This document shows positions 61,891 through 64,000 of a stretch of DNA of 64,000 nucleotides, one piece after another. The notes beneath the pieces are model-generated. The model was not told the origin of the DNA, ran no database searches, and worked only from the letters and a program-made list of their open reading frames with translations. Numbering within the stretch: the stretch's first letter is position 1; every line of letters begins with the position of its first letter. Position numbers and translations under genes: made by a program. This stretch comes from Malacoraja senta (Eukaryota). Location of the stretch: contig CM075977.1 in NCBI GenBank assembly GCA_038087875.1, positions 300,514,001-300,578,000 on the forward strand. Direction: 5' to 3'.

Positions 61891-62999
61891 CCAATATTTA
61901 CAAACCACATTAAGGGGACTCACAGTTGAGTAGACATGTGTTCAGTGTTATTCAGAGCTCAGAGACACGTGACCCTCTGGCTTCCTCCATCTTGCAGAGA
62001 CTGAGTGAAGCACACCACTTCCTGGTTTTATAGTCCCTCCCCCTCCCTCCAGCAGGGGCAGCAGAGAGATGGCAATTAAAAAAAAAAACATTAATATCTC
62101 TCTGATTTTTCATCGATGGGAAAAACCCTCTGGTCCAGGAAGGCAGTTGTGGGTTCTGAGCGAGGTGGCCAAAAATGACGGCCGTATAGGTGGCGGCGTT
62201 CTCTCGGAAATCGCACCACAGTGGGCCAAAAGCAGTCAAGATCAGGCTTTTAGTAATATAGATTGTTAACTGGCTTGCCAGTAGTGAATTGTTAAATTAT
62301 ATAATTGGCGCATCTGGCATTAAAGCATTTCTTAATACCTCCTTTGTCAGTTTGTTATGTTATCATTATTCTTCTTCACGAAGCCTGAAAGGTAATGTAC
62401 ACTCAAATCAGTCAGCAGAGAAGTCTGATTTAACAAAGGAAACTTCAAGCTAAGAAATGATTGTTCAGAAAATGGTCTCAAACCCATTAATAGGAATATT
62501 GTGGCTAATCTTGCACGATGAATTCAACAATGAATTGTCAGGTTCCCCAATTCTACTCTTTGCTACTGTTTCAGTAATGATCAATGCATGTTTATGCATT
62601 AGTGGATGTTTGTTTCTGCATTAGTGGATACACTGATTATTTAATAAGTTAGAGATACAAGAAGAAGAAGAAGGATTTAATTTGTTGCTACTCTCACTGG
62701 GATCGATGACGGAGGTGATGATCCTTAGTGGGAATACAATGGACAGTGGTGCTATGGAATGTGGGAGAGCTGGCATTGAATGGAGTCAGATGCTGAGGGG
62801 CAATCTCCCTCCCTTTCAGCATTCTCTCCTTTCACTCATAGACCCTGTCCTCAGCTATCACCCCACCCTGGCCTTGCCCAGTTATGTAGTTGCAGCTACT
62901 GAGTTGGTGTTCTTGCCCACAATCTAACCTTTGTTAGAGGAGCCTCTATGTGAAATTACTACCTGCTGCTGAGGTCAGCAGATTATGGAGTCCTGATGC

Positions 63000-64000
63000 T
63001 CGTACTTCCAAAAACTCAAAACAAAATCGTAAGACATGATTTCACACGTACAAAACCGTGCTGACGATCCATAATCAGCCCCTGTCTTTCAAAATGCACA
63101 TGTACCTTATCCCTCAGAATCCTCTCCAGTAACTTGCCTACCACAGATATTAGGATCACTGGTCTGTAGTTTCCAGGCTTTATCTTTCAGCCCTTCTTCA
63201 ATAGAGGAACAACATTAGCTATCCTCCTGTCATCCGGTTCCTCACCCGTGTCTTACGTTGATTCATATAGCTCAGCTGGGTACCTGCTCTGGCTTTCCAC
63301 AGTGTCCTTGGATATATTTGATATGGCCTGGGGAATTTGTTTACCTTCATACAGCCTAGGACATCCTGTACCTCCTCAACCATAAAACGGACTGTTCTCA
63401 AGGCATCTCCATTAACTATCCCATTCCCAAACCTTATTTTTTTCCATAGTAAAACCAGGAGAGGCATGCCCATTGAGGACCTTGACCATCTGTGGCTCCT
63501 CACATAGATGATTTGGTTCTTAAGGGGCAATATTCTCCCTCTGGTTACCATCTTTACCTTAATGTACTTATAAAATCTCTTTGGATTCACCTTAATTTTA
63601 TCTGCCAGAGCTATCTCCTGCCCCTTTTTGCCCTCACAATTTGCTTCTTAAGCATGCTCTTCAGTCCCCTAAACTCCTCTAAGAATACATTTGATCCCAG
63701 CTGCTTACACCTGGCCCATGTTTCCTTCTTTTTCCGGACCAAAGCTTCAATTTCTCTTGCAATTGACAACAGTCACTTGCCCTTCTTAATTTCCTAAGAG
63801 TAGGTCAGGTTTTGTTCATTCCTTGTAGGGCCCTCTGCATATTGCCTGGAGAAACCTTCCTGAAAATATTTGACAAATTCCACCCTGTCCAAGCCTTTGG
63901 CACTATGGCAGTACCAGTCTATATTGGGGAAGCTAAAATCCCCTACTATGACAATCCTATTAGTCTTGCAGCTGCTTGCAATGTCCCAGCATATTTATTC
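63000..64000 (-). mobile_element. Old CR1 ORF2 fragments
   Basis: NPKRFYKYIK..IYPRTLW peptide (ORF 63219..63590) and decayed endonuclease-like sequence near the window end. Confidence 0.75.

Larger units (their letters stand above)
60667..62262 (-). mobile_element. Non-autonomous Helitron
   Basis: Minus strand starts A|TCTATATTACTAAAA and ends with hairpin TGGGACCC-AAC-GGGTCCCA then CTTAGTCTTA|T (degenerate CTRR); AT target, no TSD. Confidence 0.75.

Noticed and set aside
56800-64000. Exons of the neighbouring gene (CENPK lies upstream of ADAMTS6 in mammals)
   Set aside because: I could not recognise any matching peptide in this region.

Overview
Repeat-rich vertebrate genomic DNA; the repeat repertoire suggests a cartilaginous fish such as a skate or ray (inference). 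The only host gene I can support is the 5' part of ADAMTS6 on the minus strand. It has a candidate non-coding exon 1 and promoter at about 42.4-43.1 kb, exon 2 (36323-36694, ATG at 36419), exon 3 (35230-35597), exon 4 (34023-34194), a ~33.8-kb intron, and exon 5 (208 to the window edge). The rest is mobile DNA. This includes CR1 LINEs (one with a nearly intact ORF2 interrupted by an L1 fragment), a DD34E Tc1 transposon, and two DIRS tyrosine-recombinase retroelements with complete ITR/ICR termini (a decayed 4.7-kb copy and a 1.4-kb non-autonomous copy). It also includes a deleted Gypsy element, hAT- and Harbinger-type non-autonomous elements, a minisatellite-bearing Helitron, tRNA-derived SINEs and Penelope-like (PLE) fragments. 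The most interesting signals are: (i) a non-autonomous DIRS system whose termini co-vary with their own ICR and stay pristine around decayed or deleted coding sequence; (ii) many short, TSD-flanked PLE-derived insertions carrying a minimal hammerhead-ribozyme core, some as perfect fold-backs; (iii) a non-coding ~0.7-0.9-kb retroposon family sharing a 5' module but carrying interchangeable Rex1-type 3' stem-loops; and (iv) uORFs in the ADAMTS6 leader. There is an assembly gap at 28948-29120. Coordinates were counted by hand, and boundaries of old repeats are approximate.
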